IMG/VR virus record: IMGVR_UViG_3300025131_011243
Coordinates: 32,001 to 96,000 of that record
Strand: one strand, 5' to 3'
Source: a virus
Length of the DNA stretch: 64,000 bases
Of the stretch, positions 26,732 through 37,030 are shown piece after piece. Position 1 is the stretch's first letter. Each line of letters begins with the position of its first letter. Position numbers and translations under genes: made by a program. The notes beneath the pieces were generated by a model. The model did no database searches, was not told where the DNA came from, and saw nothing but the letters and a program-made list of their open reading frames with translations.

Positions 26732-29700
26732 CTATTGGCGGTTATACGCCTGTTTCCATTGAGCGTCGTCGTCGGCTTGCGCCGCAGCCACACGCTGTCC
26801 GAGCGTGAACAACTGCTGGAGTTGTGAGCTAAGCTCATTAGGCTTGGAAGCCTTATACAACTCGTCGCCAACTTCGCTACTAATTACAGGGGCCTTACCT
26901 TCGATTCCCCTCGACGCCGTGTCGAATCCCTTTTGGCTTGCGAACAAAGACTTTTCATAGTCTTTGATCTGAGCAGGTTTGTAAGCCTGAAGCTCTGCTA
27001 CTTTTTGCTGAAGTTGTTCGGACTGGATAAGTCCAGCCTGAATCATTTTTCCAGCTACTCGATAAGCTTCATTCATACTTGCCTCGGATTCCTGTGCATC
27101 GCTACTAGCGATGACGGTGCCTTTGTCTCTAGTTTGTTTCTCAGGGTCGATGTCATTTTCATCTTCATGCCCCAAGAGTTGGTTATCAGCCGGAATTTCC
27201 GGATGATCTTCAGGAGAGTCAGGTTTATCGCCCATACTTTCCTGTTCATGTCCCATCATCGAAACATTACCTTCGCCCTTCACTCCTTCGAGTGCTTCTT
27301 CGTCGCCGTCGCCTCTTGGCTTACGCTTCGAGCCTTCGGGGATACCGGCCAAGTCCTCATTTTTCTGGACTGGCTGAATATCTTCATCTTCATCAACGGG
27401 CTTAGGAGCTTCGAGTTTCTTATTTTGTGCCTCAAGGATTCTGTTTGCCAAAGCATTCATTCGATCCTTGGGGTTTCCAAATCCGTTCATTGCGGCCAGT
27501 TCAGCTTCTTTCTGTAGATCTTCTTCGGATGCAGCCTGTGAAGTACCGGCTCCATCTTCGCCGCCTGTGTAGCGATCATCGCCGCCTGTGTATCCCTGTT
27601 CCTCTTCATGTCCCATGGATGGGGAACCGACAGGAATTTCGGGCTGAGGCTTATCCTGAGGATTCAGGTCTGAAGGCTCTTGCCCGATAGTGGCGTTATC
27701 TCTTGGGACTTCAGGGTCGTTGGCCTTAGGAGGATCTTCATGCCCGATGGTTCCGGCATCTTCTCCGCCCGTATAAGGCTTAACTTCCTCTGAGTCTTGT
27801 ACGTTTTCGTGTTGAATCTGAGTAACTTGAGCTTCTTTATTCTCGCCTTCGATTGCGGCGATGACATCTGAAAGATCCATATTAATCTTTCCTGTTTGTC
27901 CAAAATCTGATCGCATGTTCATGGCTTGAATAAACTCCTGTTCCTGTTCTTGTTCTTCTCCGAACAATCCCGTCTCTGCGGGACGTGCTTCTTCTTCCAT
28001 CAAATCATCGTCGCCTTCTTTGAATTCATCGCCTACAGGAACTTCTGGGTTATCTTCTTCAATAACCTCATCTTCGATTCCTTCTTTTTCTCCAACAACG
28101 TCATCAATTACATCTTCAGCGGCATCTTCTACGACGCCATCTGGGTGATGATCTTCTGCTGCGATATCTTCAGGAGATTCGCCAAGAGCCTCATCGAGAC
28201 CTCGGTCTACTTCTTCAGTTACGCCAGGTTCAGCCTTCTCAAGTTCTGTGATAAGGTCGATGACCTTTTGAGCAACACCTTCGCCTTCCATCATTTCCAC
28301 ACCTTCGCCGCCGACTTCGTCGCCGCCGAATGGATCAACTTCATCATCCAGATCATCGATTCCGCCAACTTCGACTGGGATATCTTCAACTTCGTCAGTT
28401 TCCATCAATCCTGCGAGGTCATCGGCAAATTTATGAACTGGAGAAGCAAGAGCTTCCTTGAGGGAACCGCAACGAGAAACTGCTTCTCTGATTGCGTAAC
28501 CGCTGCGAACCTGATGCTCGACGCACTCTTCGTCGCCGTCTCGTTTGTCCTGCCAGATGCTGGCAAGCTTGACGGCCAATCCATCGGTATAAACGTCTGC
28601 GTTCTTCAACGAACTGCAAACGCAATCGTAAATTGGCTTACCTTCGCAAGGACCACTGAGGGCCAATGCATTTTCGCCAAAACGACGAGCTAGTTTTTCT
28701 CGGCAACTTTCGATTGGAAAAGTACCGGATACTGAGAATGCCTTCTTGTAATCGTCAACAACTGTACCAACCTTACTCGCCAGCTTGTTAAGGCCGGAGT
28801 TCTTGTCGGCTTTAACCTTCATGATGAGATCCGTCTTTTCACGGATGCTCATCTTATCGAAGTCAGCTTCAGCAACATTAAGGGCTTCTAGACCCTTGAG
28901 CAGTTCTTTGCGTGCTCTGCTGCAAGACGGGCATTCATCGCCAGCGATCTTAGGAACCCAACGCCATTCGGCGTAGGCATTCTTAGGATTCTTGGCATCA
29001 ACGGCATACTGAACCATATACTTGGTTCCGGTATCCATGCACATTCTCAAGCCATTTTCAAGCTTAATGGTGTTATTCTTACCTGTGGCAGGGCTAACGC
29101 TGCCAAGTTCGATTTCGCCTTCGGCCAATTTCTGAAGAGCTTCAGGAGTCAGACGAGTTGAGGCAGCGACCGGGATCTGAGGACCTTCGCCCTCTTCCGG
29201 AACCTCAAAGCCTTCGCCTTCGAATCCTTCAGCTTCTTCGGCACCCTTTTCATCAGAGGTAGTACCAGACCATTCCCAAACCTCGACATCGATCTTGATC
29301 GTACCCTTCGAACCGCAGTTATTGCATTCGAACTTGCCGCTGATAACATCAACGTCTTCCGAACCGCAAACCGGGCAGATGGATCCAGGAGGCAGTGGGC
29401 TAAGGTCGCCTTCAAGACCTTCTTCGCCGCCCAATTCATCCGGAGTAGTGCTCAGGCTTTCGACAGGAGCAGCACCGGCATCAGGAGGCTGAGGTAGGGA
29501 AGCGCCAGCACCAGGTGCTTGTGCGGCTCCGCCTTGTCCACCCATTTCGCCGCCGAACATTTGAGCTTCTTTAGTTCGTTCTGCTCTTGCGGCGGTCTTG
29601 GTTTCGGCGTCGTCAGAAGCTACGGGCATTGCCCCACCGGCTCCGCCTCCGCCAGCGACTCCCGCACCCATCATGGGCTTGGGTTCGCCAAGAACATCAT

Positions 29701-32700
29701 CAACAACATCATCGGCAGCGTCTTCGTCGCCAAGGTCGATGTCAGAGCAAGGGCCTTCGTCTTCGCCCATGAATTCAGGACCATCAACACCATCGATAGC
29801 GAGCGAGCCTGCGGCTCCTTCGGGATCGATTTCGATAGTAATAACCTGAGCTTTCTTGTTACCAAGCTGAGCTTGTGCGAACTTGTTGCATGCTTCGATG
29901 AACGGAGCCTTGTCGGCAGGATCAGCACCTACTTCTTTGATCGATGCGTAGATGCGAAATCGACCGTCAAGACCTGAGATAGCGTCGTCCAACGCAGAAA
30001 ACTTGTCAGTGATCGGTTCATCTTCATGAACTTCGCTGAGCTTAGTTTTGACAATTGTGTCAACTTCTTTCATGGCTTCCTTGGAACGAAGAACATGTGA
30101 TACTGATTCGTAAACGTCTTCGACCTTAAGGCCATGCTGAGCGTTGTCGGCAACGGCGAAGATCATGGCATCGAGACTATCTGGAGTTTCGACGCTCTTT
30201 GTAGCCATCTTACGGAAGTAAGAAACATTATTGGCTACGGCAATGCGGTCTTCGCCCTTATGAGGAAGTGCGTTAATCAAGGTTAAGTAAGCGGCCTTTT
30301 CTCGCATATCGTCGTTGTCCTGAATCTTGGAAGCGACTCTGGTCAACTCTGCGGGAGTTCGGTTGTACTTAGCGATTGCATCGGAGATAGCTCCGACAGC
30401 GACCTTAACAACGGCTTGAGCATATTCTCTTGAAGCCCAACGCTTGATGCCGTAATCCTGATTACGCAATTGATCTTCGGTAATCGTTTCATAGGTTCCG
30501 ACAAAGCGGTGGCTACTGAGCAGATCTTTAAGCTGAGCTTCGGTAATCCACTCTTCTTGATCTGTAGAAAGTTTAGAAGCAACGGCACGAGAAAAATCGT
30601 TCCATTGCTTTTCAGTGATGACATCTTGCATATCTTTCCAGCGAACAATGTAGCCTTCAGAGACTACGTCAAGCTGGTCTTCGGTAATCGTTTCATACGT
30701 ACCTCGACGAGTTTGTGGACTTTCGCTGGTTGTGTCATTGACGGGTTCGTTATCTAGACCGAGTTGTTGATCACTCTCGGTAATACCTTCATAGGTATCG
30801 CCTGTTCTTGGGTGAAGGTCTAGGTCATTGGCATCTCGTATTTGTTTTTCAGTAATAACTTCGCCTTGCGAAGCGTCGTCATCTGACGGATTGCCAATAG
30901 ATGCTGTTTTTTCCTGATCAGACATTGTTTCTGACTCCTTGGAATTCCTATTTTCTAATACTGTTTGGGCTGCCTTTTCGACATCCTGCCCAAACAGGCT
31001 TTGGATGTCCTCTGATAATTCAGAAAGGTGAGAGACCTTAAGGACCTCCTCACCTTTAGCTTCTGTTACATATGATCCGTCGAAGGTAACGGAATACCCG
31101 TTATCTCCAGAAACTGTTGTTGTTGACATATTCTTGTCTCTTAAGTTAGAAACAGTGTTACGGACCTCTTCGATCCTTCTTGTGACTTTCGATGCTGCTT
31201 TTATAAATTCCTTCTTTGAATTCAGTAATTCGTTTGACAATTTCGGTTTAGTGATCGTACCGACCCCACCCAAGTCGCCCGTTTCTGACCCTGGCATAGA
31301 TGTTGCCACAGGCTCAGGAGGTGCTTGCGGAGGTGCTTCAGGACCCGCTGGATCTATTAAAGCAGGACCTTCGGATTCGCTAACTACATCTGGAGAAGGT
31401 AGTTGTGAATAACCCATTTCGTTTAATTCGTCTACAAGATCTTGAACTTTCTCCATAGCTTCAACCAGGTCAGACACATACGCCATCGAGATATGTTCTT
31501 TTTGAGACAACATAGAGCGAGTAACTTCTTCCATATTGGTCATTGCATTTTTTAATGCTTCAAGTTCATTAACTCCGGCCTCTTTTTCCATAAGTTCAGA
31601 GTTTACTTTGACAAAACCCTCATCATTAACATTGGATGCCATCTTGACTACTTGAGCACTAAGTTCGGCAACCTTCTGCTGTACCGAAGGTTTATGAAGG
31701 ATGCAATCAACCAAGCAATCATGACAAGCTGGATTAACAACGAACGAATCCTCAATGAACTTGAGTCCGAAGTTATGCTCAAATGCTTGTTGAGCCTGGT
31801 GAACCAGAGTTTTCTTATCGCCCTTTTCTGTTCCGCAAAGAGGGCAACTATCAGTTGGCTTATTGTTACTCTGGTGATATTCGCACTTGTAGTTACCGCT
31901 GAGTTTACGATTCTTCTTCTCTCGAATATGCGAGCAATAGTCTTCTGCTGTATGAGCATGGTTGTGGCATACTGAGCAGCAGCTATAATCCACTGCGCAG
32001 TTGTGTACAGCAACTCCCTCAACGATAAACGAATTGTCCTCGGCCACTTCTAGGTTAAAAACTGGCTGATCATTGGCTATGGTTTCTATTGCTTTTACAG
32101 GCATCACCATAAAGTTATCAGCATGCCTAAACCATGACTGCCTATAATTGCCCTCCACCACTTTTTGGTCACATGTATATCCATTGAGCTTTTGAGACTC
32201 ATTAGAACCTATGGATATGTGATATGATGTTCTGCGATTACTCGTTTCTTTTACATAAAGCGATGAATATATACCCAGTCTGGCAAGAACGAACCTTAAT
32301 TGATGAGCCAGTTTTTCAGAACATGTCGATGCTGACAAATTGTCATATTGTTTCCCGATTCTCCAGTGGGTTATTCTCCTGCGGCACCCATCTCCTGCAA
32401 AATATGCTCCCAACAAATGAGCTTGAACCTCTTTATCCCAATACAGAATAGAACCAGACAGTTCCTTGCCATAAGAATATTCTCCACAATTCATCATAAA
32501 CCAAGCAGCAACATCTTTATCATGGAATTTGACTGTTATCGTATTTTTATTTGGTCTTTCGTAAATCTTGGCCGATTTTCCGGTATTAGAGAATTCCTCG
32601 TCCAGAAGATTCGATACTTCCTGTGCTAATGTTTTTTCTTCCAATCCGAATGTAAGTTCTACACCAGTCTTAGACCCTTTGTATTTAACATAACTACCTT

Positions 32701-33652
32701 CGGCCAAGAAATACCCAATAAGGCGAGACTTGTTTACAGAAGCGTGTCGATGAGGAACAACCCTATTCGATACTGGAAAGCACAGCATATCGTCAGAAGT
32801 AAGATCTTCAGCCTTTTTCCACTCGAACTCAAAATCTGATTCTTTTTCTACTAATGCTGTAGCATATGATTCGGTCTGATACGCCCCACCTTTTTGACGT
32901 TTTTGAAATCTACCATACCCCTTAGGAACCTGAATGGGATCTTCAGTTACCCAGCATTTATCTTGTGTTTTTAAGGTCAAAAATGGATGTTCTTTTGTAA
33001 CCTTGATATCAACAGGGTTGTTTTCGACACTTACTTTAAGTATGTCTTCATTCTCTTTGTCTAAGTGCCGTTGAACATTGATTACTTCTCGTATCTCTCC
33101 AGTATGGGAAATAACGAAATCACCAGCTTGCATTTCCGATATGGGGCGATAAGTTCCATCATTCATCAATACTCTCATATCGGGAGTAAAGCAGCCCATC
33201 GAAGAGCCATTGATATAGCCTTCTTCGATACCTCTGGCTAAGCGTGGATAGGCCAATTTGTCTATGCGGGATATAATGAAGATGCCATCTTTTTCAGTGT
33301 CATACCAAGCGTGAACGCATTCTCCCTTGGCTTTTTCGATGTCGTCATTCTGATGATTTGTGAACATCGGAACGCCGATAAATGTTTGATAAGACTTCTT
33401 CAATTCGGCAGTTGAAAAGAAGTCTCCATTATCATTGATTTCATTCGCCTTGATCGCAAAGATCTTGACGAACAGGTGATCTGGATGTTTTGCGATTGCC
33501 TCTTTAAGAGAGAACCCGCCCAGTTCTTGGTCCTTCTGGACGGAGGCAAACTTAACATTACTCATGTTGAAGATTTCCCAGCCTTCGGGTTTATTGAGAG
33601 CTTGGATATCTACTTTGGTATTTTCAGTTGTCGCCGTTTTATAAAAGGCCAT
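26732..33652 (-). CDS. Giant prohead protease/scaffold protein with intein
   Basis: N-terminal NDNGDFF, MFTNH, GSSMG-C protease-like motifs; zinc-binding Cys clusters; acidic scaffold-like C-terminus. Confidence 0.75.
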   Translation of the reverse strand: MAFYKTATTENTKVDIQALNKPEGWEIFNMSNVKFASVQKDQELGGFSLKEAIAKHPDHLFVKIFAIKANEINDNGDFFSTAELKKSYQTFIGVPMFTNHQNDDIEKAKGECVHAWYDTEKDGIFIISRIDKLAYPRLARGIEEGYINGSSMGCFTPDMRVLMNDGTYRPISEMQAGDFVISHTGEIREVINVQRHLDKENEDILKVSVENNPVDIKVTKEHPFLTLKTQDKCWVTEDPIQVPKGYGRFQKRQKGGAYQTESYATALVEKESDFEFEWKKAEDLTSDDMLCFPVSNRVVPHRHASVNKSRLIGYFLAEGSYVKYKGSKTGVELTFGLEEKTLAQEVSNLLDEEFSNTGKSAKIYERPNKNTITVKFHDKDVAAWFMMNCGEYSYGKELSGSILYWDKEVQAHLLGAYFAGDGCRRRITHWRIGKQYDNLSASTCSEKLAHQLRFVLARLGIYSSLYVKETSNRRTSYHISIGSNESQKLNGYTCDQKVVEGNYRQSWFRHADNFMVMPVKAIETIANDQPVFNLEVAEDNSFIVEGVAVHNCAVDYSCCSVCHNHAHTAEDYCSHIREKKNRKLSGNYKCEYHQSNNKPTDSCPLCGTEKGDKKTLVHQAQQAFEHNFGLKFIEDSFVVNPACHDCLVDCILHKPSVQQKVAELSAQVVKMASNVNDEGFVKVNSELMEKEAGVNELEALKNAMTNMEEVTRSMLSQKEHISMAYVSDLVEAMEKVQDLVDELNEMGYSQLPSPDVVSESEGPALIDPAGPEAPPQAPPEPVATSMPGSETGDLGGVGTITKPKLSNELLNSKKEFIKAASKVTRRIEEVRNTVSNLRDKNMSTTTVSGDNGYSVTFDGSYVTEAKGEEVLKVSHLSELSEDIQSLFGQDVEKAAQTVLENRNSKESETMSDQEKTASIGNPSDDDASQGEVITEKQIRDANDLDLHPRTGDTYEGITESDQQLGLDNEPVNDTTSESPQTRRGTYETITEDQLDVVSEGYIVRWKDMQDVITEKQWNDFSRAVASKLSTDQEEWITEAQLKDLLSSHRFVGTYETITEDQLRNQDYGIKRWASREYAQAVVKVAVGAISDAIAKYNRTPAELTRVASKIQDNDDMREKAAYLTLINALPHKGEDRIAVANNVSYFRKMATKSVETPDSLDAMIFAVADNAQHGLKVEDVYESVSHVLRSKEAMKEVDTIVKTKLSEVHEDEPITDKFSALDDAISGLDGRFRIYASIKEVGADPADKAPFIEACNKFAQAQLGNKKAQVITIEIDPEGAAGSLAIDGVDGPEFMGEDEGPCSDIDLGDEDAADDVVDDVLGEPKPMMGAGVAGGGGAGGAMPVASDDAETKTAARAERTKEAQMFGGEMGGQGGAAQAPGAGASLPQPPDAGAAPVESLSTTPDELGGEEGLEGDLSPLPPGSICPVCGSEDVDVISGKFECNNCGSKGTIKIDVEVWEWSGTTSDEKGAEEAEGFEGEGFEVPEEGEGPQIPVAASTRLTPEALQKLAEGEIELGSVSPATGKNNTIKLENGLRMCMDTGTKYMVQYAVDAKNPKNAYAEWRWVPKIAGDECPSCSRARKELLKGLEALNVAEADFDKMSIREKTDLIMKVKADKNSGLNKLASKVGTVVDDYKKAFSVSGTFPIESCREKLARRFGENALALSGPCEGKPIYDCVCSSLKNADVYTDGLAVKLASIWQDKRDGDEECVEHQVRSGYAIREAVSRCGSLKEALASPVHKFADDLAGLMETDEVEDIPVEVGGIDDLDDEVDPFGGDEVGGEGVEMMEGEGVAQKVIDLITELEKAEPGVTEEVDRGLDEALGESPEDIAAEDHHPDGVVEDAAEDVIDDVVGEKEGIEDEVIEEDNPEVPVGDEFKEGDDDLMEEEARPAETGLFGEEQEQEQEFIQAMNMRSDFGQTGKINMDLSDVIAAIEGENKEAQVTQIQHENVQDSEEVKPYTGGEDAGTIGHEDPPKANDPEVPRDNATIGQEPSDLNPQDKPQPEIPVGSPSMGHEEEQGYTGGDDRYTGGEDGAGTSQAASEEDLQKEAELAAMNGFGNPKDRMNALANRILEAQNKKLEAPKPVDEDEDIQPVQKNEDLAGIPEGSKRKPRGDGDEEALEGVKGEGNVSMMGHEQESMGDKPDSPEDHPEIPADNQLLGHEDENDIDPEKQTRDKGTVIASSDAQESEASMNEAYRVAGKMIQAGLIQSEQLQQKVAELQAYKPAQIKDYEKSLFASQKGFDTASRGIEGKAPVISSEVGDELYKASKPNELSSQLQQLFTLGQRVAAAQADDDAQWKQAYNRQ
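32000..33193 (-). mobile_element. Intein with LAGLIDADG endonuclease (398 aa)
   Basis: G|CFTPDMRVLM...VTKEHPF...LIGYFLAEG...LGAYFAGDG...VFNLEV...VHN|C. Confidence 0.92.
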
Positions 33653-33740
33653 ATGGTTTTCCTATTCCATGCGGTACGGATACATACTCTCCTAGAAGAA
33701 TGTTCAACAATGCTTTTCAATTATCCTGCAAAGAGTTACA

Positions 33741-34157
33741 TCAACCACGAACGTGGCGAGGGATTTCAACGTTTTCTAAATCTGTGACTGAAAAATTGGG
33801 CTGCCCCTTGGGGAACGGGATGGCCCATTTAGTGGAAGCATGAGACAATGCCGCCGTCAACGTGCTGAAATATTCTCCATAGGGAGCGTAAATTTCAACC
33901 TTCTTATCTTTAGGATACCGCTTAATACCAGCGAAAAATCTCTTTTTCAACTCTTTCGTACGAGCAGGGCCAACAACCACAAAATAATCACCATCAGAAG
34001 TATAATCATGACCTTCCCAACGGCGATAAGCCCCTGGCAACTGCTTGTCAAAACGGTTCTTCAACTTGACTGAACGTTCGTGATAATACTCTTTCCAGTT
34101 AATACCACGGTCTTTAATGCGTCGAGGACCGGCCTGTTTAGACAAGTTGAAAACCAT
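33741..34157 (-). CDS. Hypothetical head-module protein (MVFNLSKQAG)
   Basis: ORF between portal and protease. Confidence 0.7.
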   Translation of the reverse strand: MVFNLSKQAGPRRIKDRGINWKEYYHERSVKLKNRFDKQLPGAYRRWEGHDYTSDGDYFVVVGPARTKELKKRFFAGIKRYPKDKKVEIYAPYGEYFSTLTAALSHASTKWAIPFPKGQPNFSVTDLENVEIPRHVRG

Positions 34158-34165
34158 ATCAGTTC

Positions 34166-36439
34166 CTATTCAGTATCAAAAAATACAACTTCGCCTAAAC
34201 CATCTGGCATAGGCAGATAAGTAATGTTCAATCTATTCATGTCAATTTCCTCGAAAAAGTCTTCCGTCGATGAAACCTTGATGAACGGATTGTCAGATTC
34301 TGCCGCCTTGCGATATCTTTGCTTATGCTCTTCAGCCGCTTCGACGACATTCTCATAGACAATGTCCTGAATCATGTTTGCCTTATCCGTAATTGCATCT
34401 TCTCTGAACCTTAAGATACGCCATCCTGCCCCAGCTAACTTGTTGTCCCTCTCATCATCTCTTTGCTTCATCTCTGCATTCTCATGCCACATCTGTCCGT
34501 CAGCTTCAACACCAACGCCAACTTGAGGATAAGCAAAGTCAATAAGGAATGGCTGCTGTTCTCCCGGAAGAGCTACCTTGTATTGGGCAAACAACCCGTA
34601 AGGTATGGGTGAAGACTGAAGCATCTTCATCATCTTTCGTTCCAATGATGTTAACTTAACAAGCTGAACTTGCGGAGACTGTTGCTCGTCTCCGGGCGCA
34701 GTACCTTTGCCTCTCTTGGAGATAAACGGAGGCTGACCACCAGCGGCTGCTCCCATGCCTCCGCCCATTCCTCCACCTGGGGCTCCGCCCATGCCCATGT
34801 CGCCACCGGGGGCTCCGCCCATGCCCCCCATACCCATGTCTCCGCCCATGGCTCCCATATCTCCCGGAGGAGGGCCTCCGAAGCCGCTCATGCCTCCCAT
34901 GCCTCCGCCCATGCCCATATCGCCCATACCACCTTGGCCCATAAGCCCGGCAGCACCTTGAACGACTTGTTCTTCTCTTATTCGCTGAATTTCTGTGTCG
35001 TAATCAAGATTCATTTCCTCAAGAATAGACTGAGCACTAACCATGCCCTTGTCATATCCCTGCATCATGATCTGAACCTTGTTGCTGTTGTCTCGAAGGT
35101 TGAGGTCATTCCATTTGATGGTTGGATACAGGAAGACGGGTCTTCCCATCATGTTGGATTCTTCTTCATCAATGAAACCTTGCATCATAGCAATAGGCAA
35201 AAACAGATGTTTATGTACCCATTCCGCCAATTGATCTCGCCATGAATCCAAACGACTGATCAAGATTTCAACACCAACTGCTGCACTATTGTATCCAGGT
35301 GCTTCGCCGTTCAGAATTGCTTGGTTAAGCATCAAACCGTCGAGTATCTCTTTGCCGATTTGTTCCAGTTCAGTCGTGATGTTATGAATCTTGCCCGTTG
35401 CTCCGTACCATTCATAATCAAATGCATGGTGAGTAACAAGCGTTAAGTTCGGATCATTAGCAATCGTTGCCAATTGGTTCTGGATGTCAGCAATATCATC
35501 ATCGGTTGCTGGACGATCTTTTTCACCAACCTTAACGACACGAATAGGCAGGATCATTCTTTCAGCCACGATCCAATTCGCCGTCATTAGTTTTGTTTTA
35601 TAGGCAAGAATCGTAAACAAACGACGAAGAATAGAAGTTCCAAACGTACCATATGGACTTGCGTTAAGTCTTATATGACTAACGCTACGATTAGACAATT
35701 GGATCGGATGACCCATCTGAATCAAGTCAATGATATGAGGTGGAATCTTTTCGAAAACTTCGGCTGGCCAACGTCTACTAATAACTGACTTCAGTTCTTC
35801 GTCGGGAACCAAACTGATTGTCGGATCGTTGCCAAGAACTGCGCCTTGAGCATCGATGTAATCAGGGTTGAGAATTACGACTCGATTGAATGTGCCATCT
35901 GGATGGTTGCATTGGTCGTTAGTATCAGTATCGATGCCGCCGCCATGACATTTTGGACATGTGATTTCCAAGAATGGAAATACATCTCCAAGCAAAAAGT
36001 ATTCATGAGCGATGTATCTAAGAATCTGCGACAGGTTAATGTCTTTGACGAATTGTTCGTAATATTTGAGGATGCGTCGGTTTTTACATTCAAGAGTGAA
36101 CCCATTGAGTGGGAACTGGGCGTAGAAATCTACGCCTGCTGCAACTTTTGGTTCGTTCTCATAATAAAACCTTGCCCATTGATAAATTTCACGACGCTTG
36201 GATGCAATTTGCCAGTTCTGGGGAGTATGCAGCGGCGAGAAAAACATTGGCTGCGTCATGATGACGTTCGACCCTGCTCCTAAAAGCTGAGCCGTCTTAC
36301 TGAATGTATGTGAAATGGCGGTACTTTTGCCGAAAGAGCTACCGCTACCATCTGAGGAAGGAACGATACCTCCAGAGGCTATAGCCTTCAAACGTCGGAT
36401 CTGTTCCGACCCATCTCCACTTGTGAAGCGCAATACCAT
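34166..36439 (-). CDS. Portal protein with Gly/Met-rich linker and C-terminal DUF559/Vsr-like domain
   Basis: RFYYENEPKVAAGVD, EYFLLGDVFPF, GTSILRR, PIRVVKVG; C-terminal IDFAYP..VGVEADG..WH...RDNKL..AGWRILRF. Confidence 0.8.
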   Translation of the reverse strand: MVLRFTSGDGSEQIRRLKAIASGGIVPSSDGSGSSFGKSTAISHTFSKTAQLLGAGSNVIMTQPMFFSPLHTPQNWQIASKRREIYQWARFYYENEPKVAAGVDFYAQFPLNGFTLECKNRRILKYYEQFVKDINLSQILRYIAHEYFLLGDVFPFLEITCPKCHGGGIDTDTNDQCNHPDGTFNRVVILNPDYIDAQGAVLGNDPTISLVPDEELKSVISRRWPAEVFEKIPPHIIDLIQMGHPIQLSNRSVSHIRLNASPYGTFGTSILRRLFTILAYKTKLMTANWIVAERMILPIRVVKVGEKDRPATDDDIADIQNQLATIANDPNLTLVTHHAFDYEWYGATGKIHNITTELEQIGKEILDGLMLNQAILNGEAPGYNSAAVGVEILISRLDSWRDQLAEWVHKHLFLPIAMMQGFIDEEESNMMGRPVFLYPTIKWNDLNLRDNSNKVQIMMQGYDKGMVSAQSILEEMNLDYDTEIQRIREEQVVQGAAGLMGQGGMGDMGMGGGMGGMSGFGGPPPGDMGAMGGDMGMGGMGGAPGGDMGMGGAPGGGMGGGMGAAAGGQPPFISKRGKGTAPGDEQQSPQVQLVKLTSLERKMMKMLQSSPIPYGLFAQYKVALPGEQQPFLIDFAYPQVGVGVEADGQMWHENAEMKQRDDERDNKLAGAGWRILRFREDAITDKANMIQDIVYENVVEAAEEHKQRYRKAAESDNPFIKVSSTEDFFEEIDMNRLNITYLPMPDGLGEVVFFDTE
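34740..34960 (-). repeat. Low-complexity GGMGGDMG repeats within portal
   Basis: Repeated cccatgcc units. Confidence 0.7.
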
Positions 36440-36457
36440 AAGTCAATCAATCTCCTA

Positions 36458-37030
36458 TTAACCATCAATGGCAAGTGCTTCGGCTGCATCTTTGGTTTCA
36501 TCGTCTTGACGCCCACCATGAATGGGATCCCATGTCCTATCTATATCTCGACTTATTTGGGTATCTTCCCTTGATTGGGGGCGTGCGTTTTTCAAATCCT
36601 GTTCTTCACTTTCAACTTCAGGATTCACTTTAGGAATTGCATCCAACTGATCTTCAGCCAATGGATTCTTCTTTTTCCTCTTTGCTTCAATAAACCGTTT
36701 AGTTTTGGCGTCATACAATTCGCCAGAAGCAGCGACGGGAGCGTTTTTGCGTACAAACAGATCCTTAGGCACATAGCGATTCGTCGCCTGACCTGGAGCA
36801 TTCGGTTGATTGGGATGTATCTTGCCTGGTTCTAGCGTCTCATCTCCCCTGATAGGCATGCCACACTGACATACTGATCCGGGGTTTTTGTCGTCTAGAT
36901 TAGAACCGCAATGAGGACATGTGCGAACAGCGGAAGAAATATCTTCGCCTCCGAAGAGGTCTTTTTTAGGACGCCCACCGATAGCGTTGTCTTCTCCGCC
37001 TTGATTAAGGTAAGCTTCTTTTAGCTTACT
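36458..37030 (-). CDS. -1 frame extension of ORF 37021..38361, with zinc ribbon
   Basis: Open from the A10 run: SKLKEAYLNQGG...CPHCGS...CQCG-MPIRGDE. Confidence 0.6.
   Translation of the reverse strand, partial: SKLKEAYLNQGGEDNAIGGRPKKDLFGGEDISSAVRTCPHCGSNLDDKNPGSVCQCGMPIRGDETLEPGKIHPNQPNAPGQATNRYVPKDLFVRKNAPVAASGELYDAKTKRFIEAKRKKKNPLAEDQLDAIPKVNPEVESEEQDLKNARPQSREDTQISRDIDRTWDPIHGGRQDDETKDAAEALAIDG

Noticed and set aside
25390-35245. Long plus-strand ORFs opposite the capsid, scaffold and portal genes
   Set aside because: These are antisense shadows of codon-biased genes, with no recognisable motifs.
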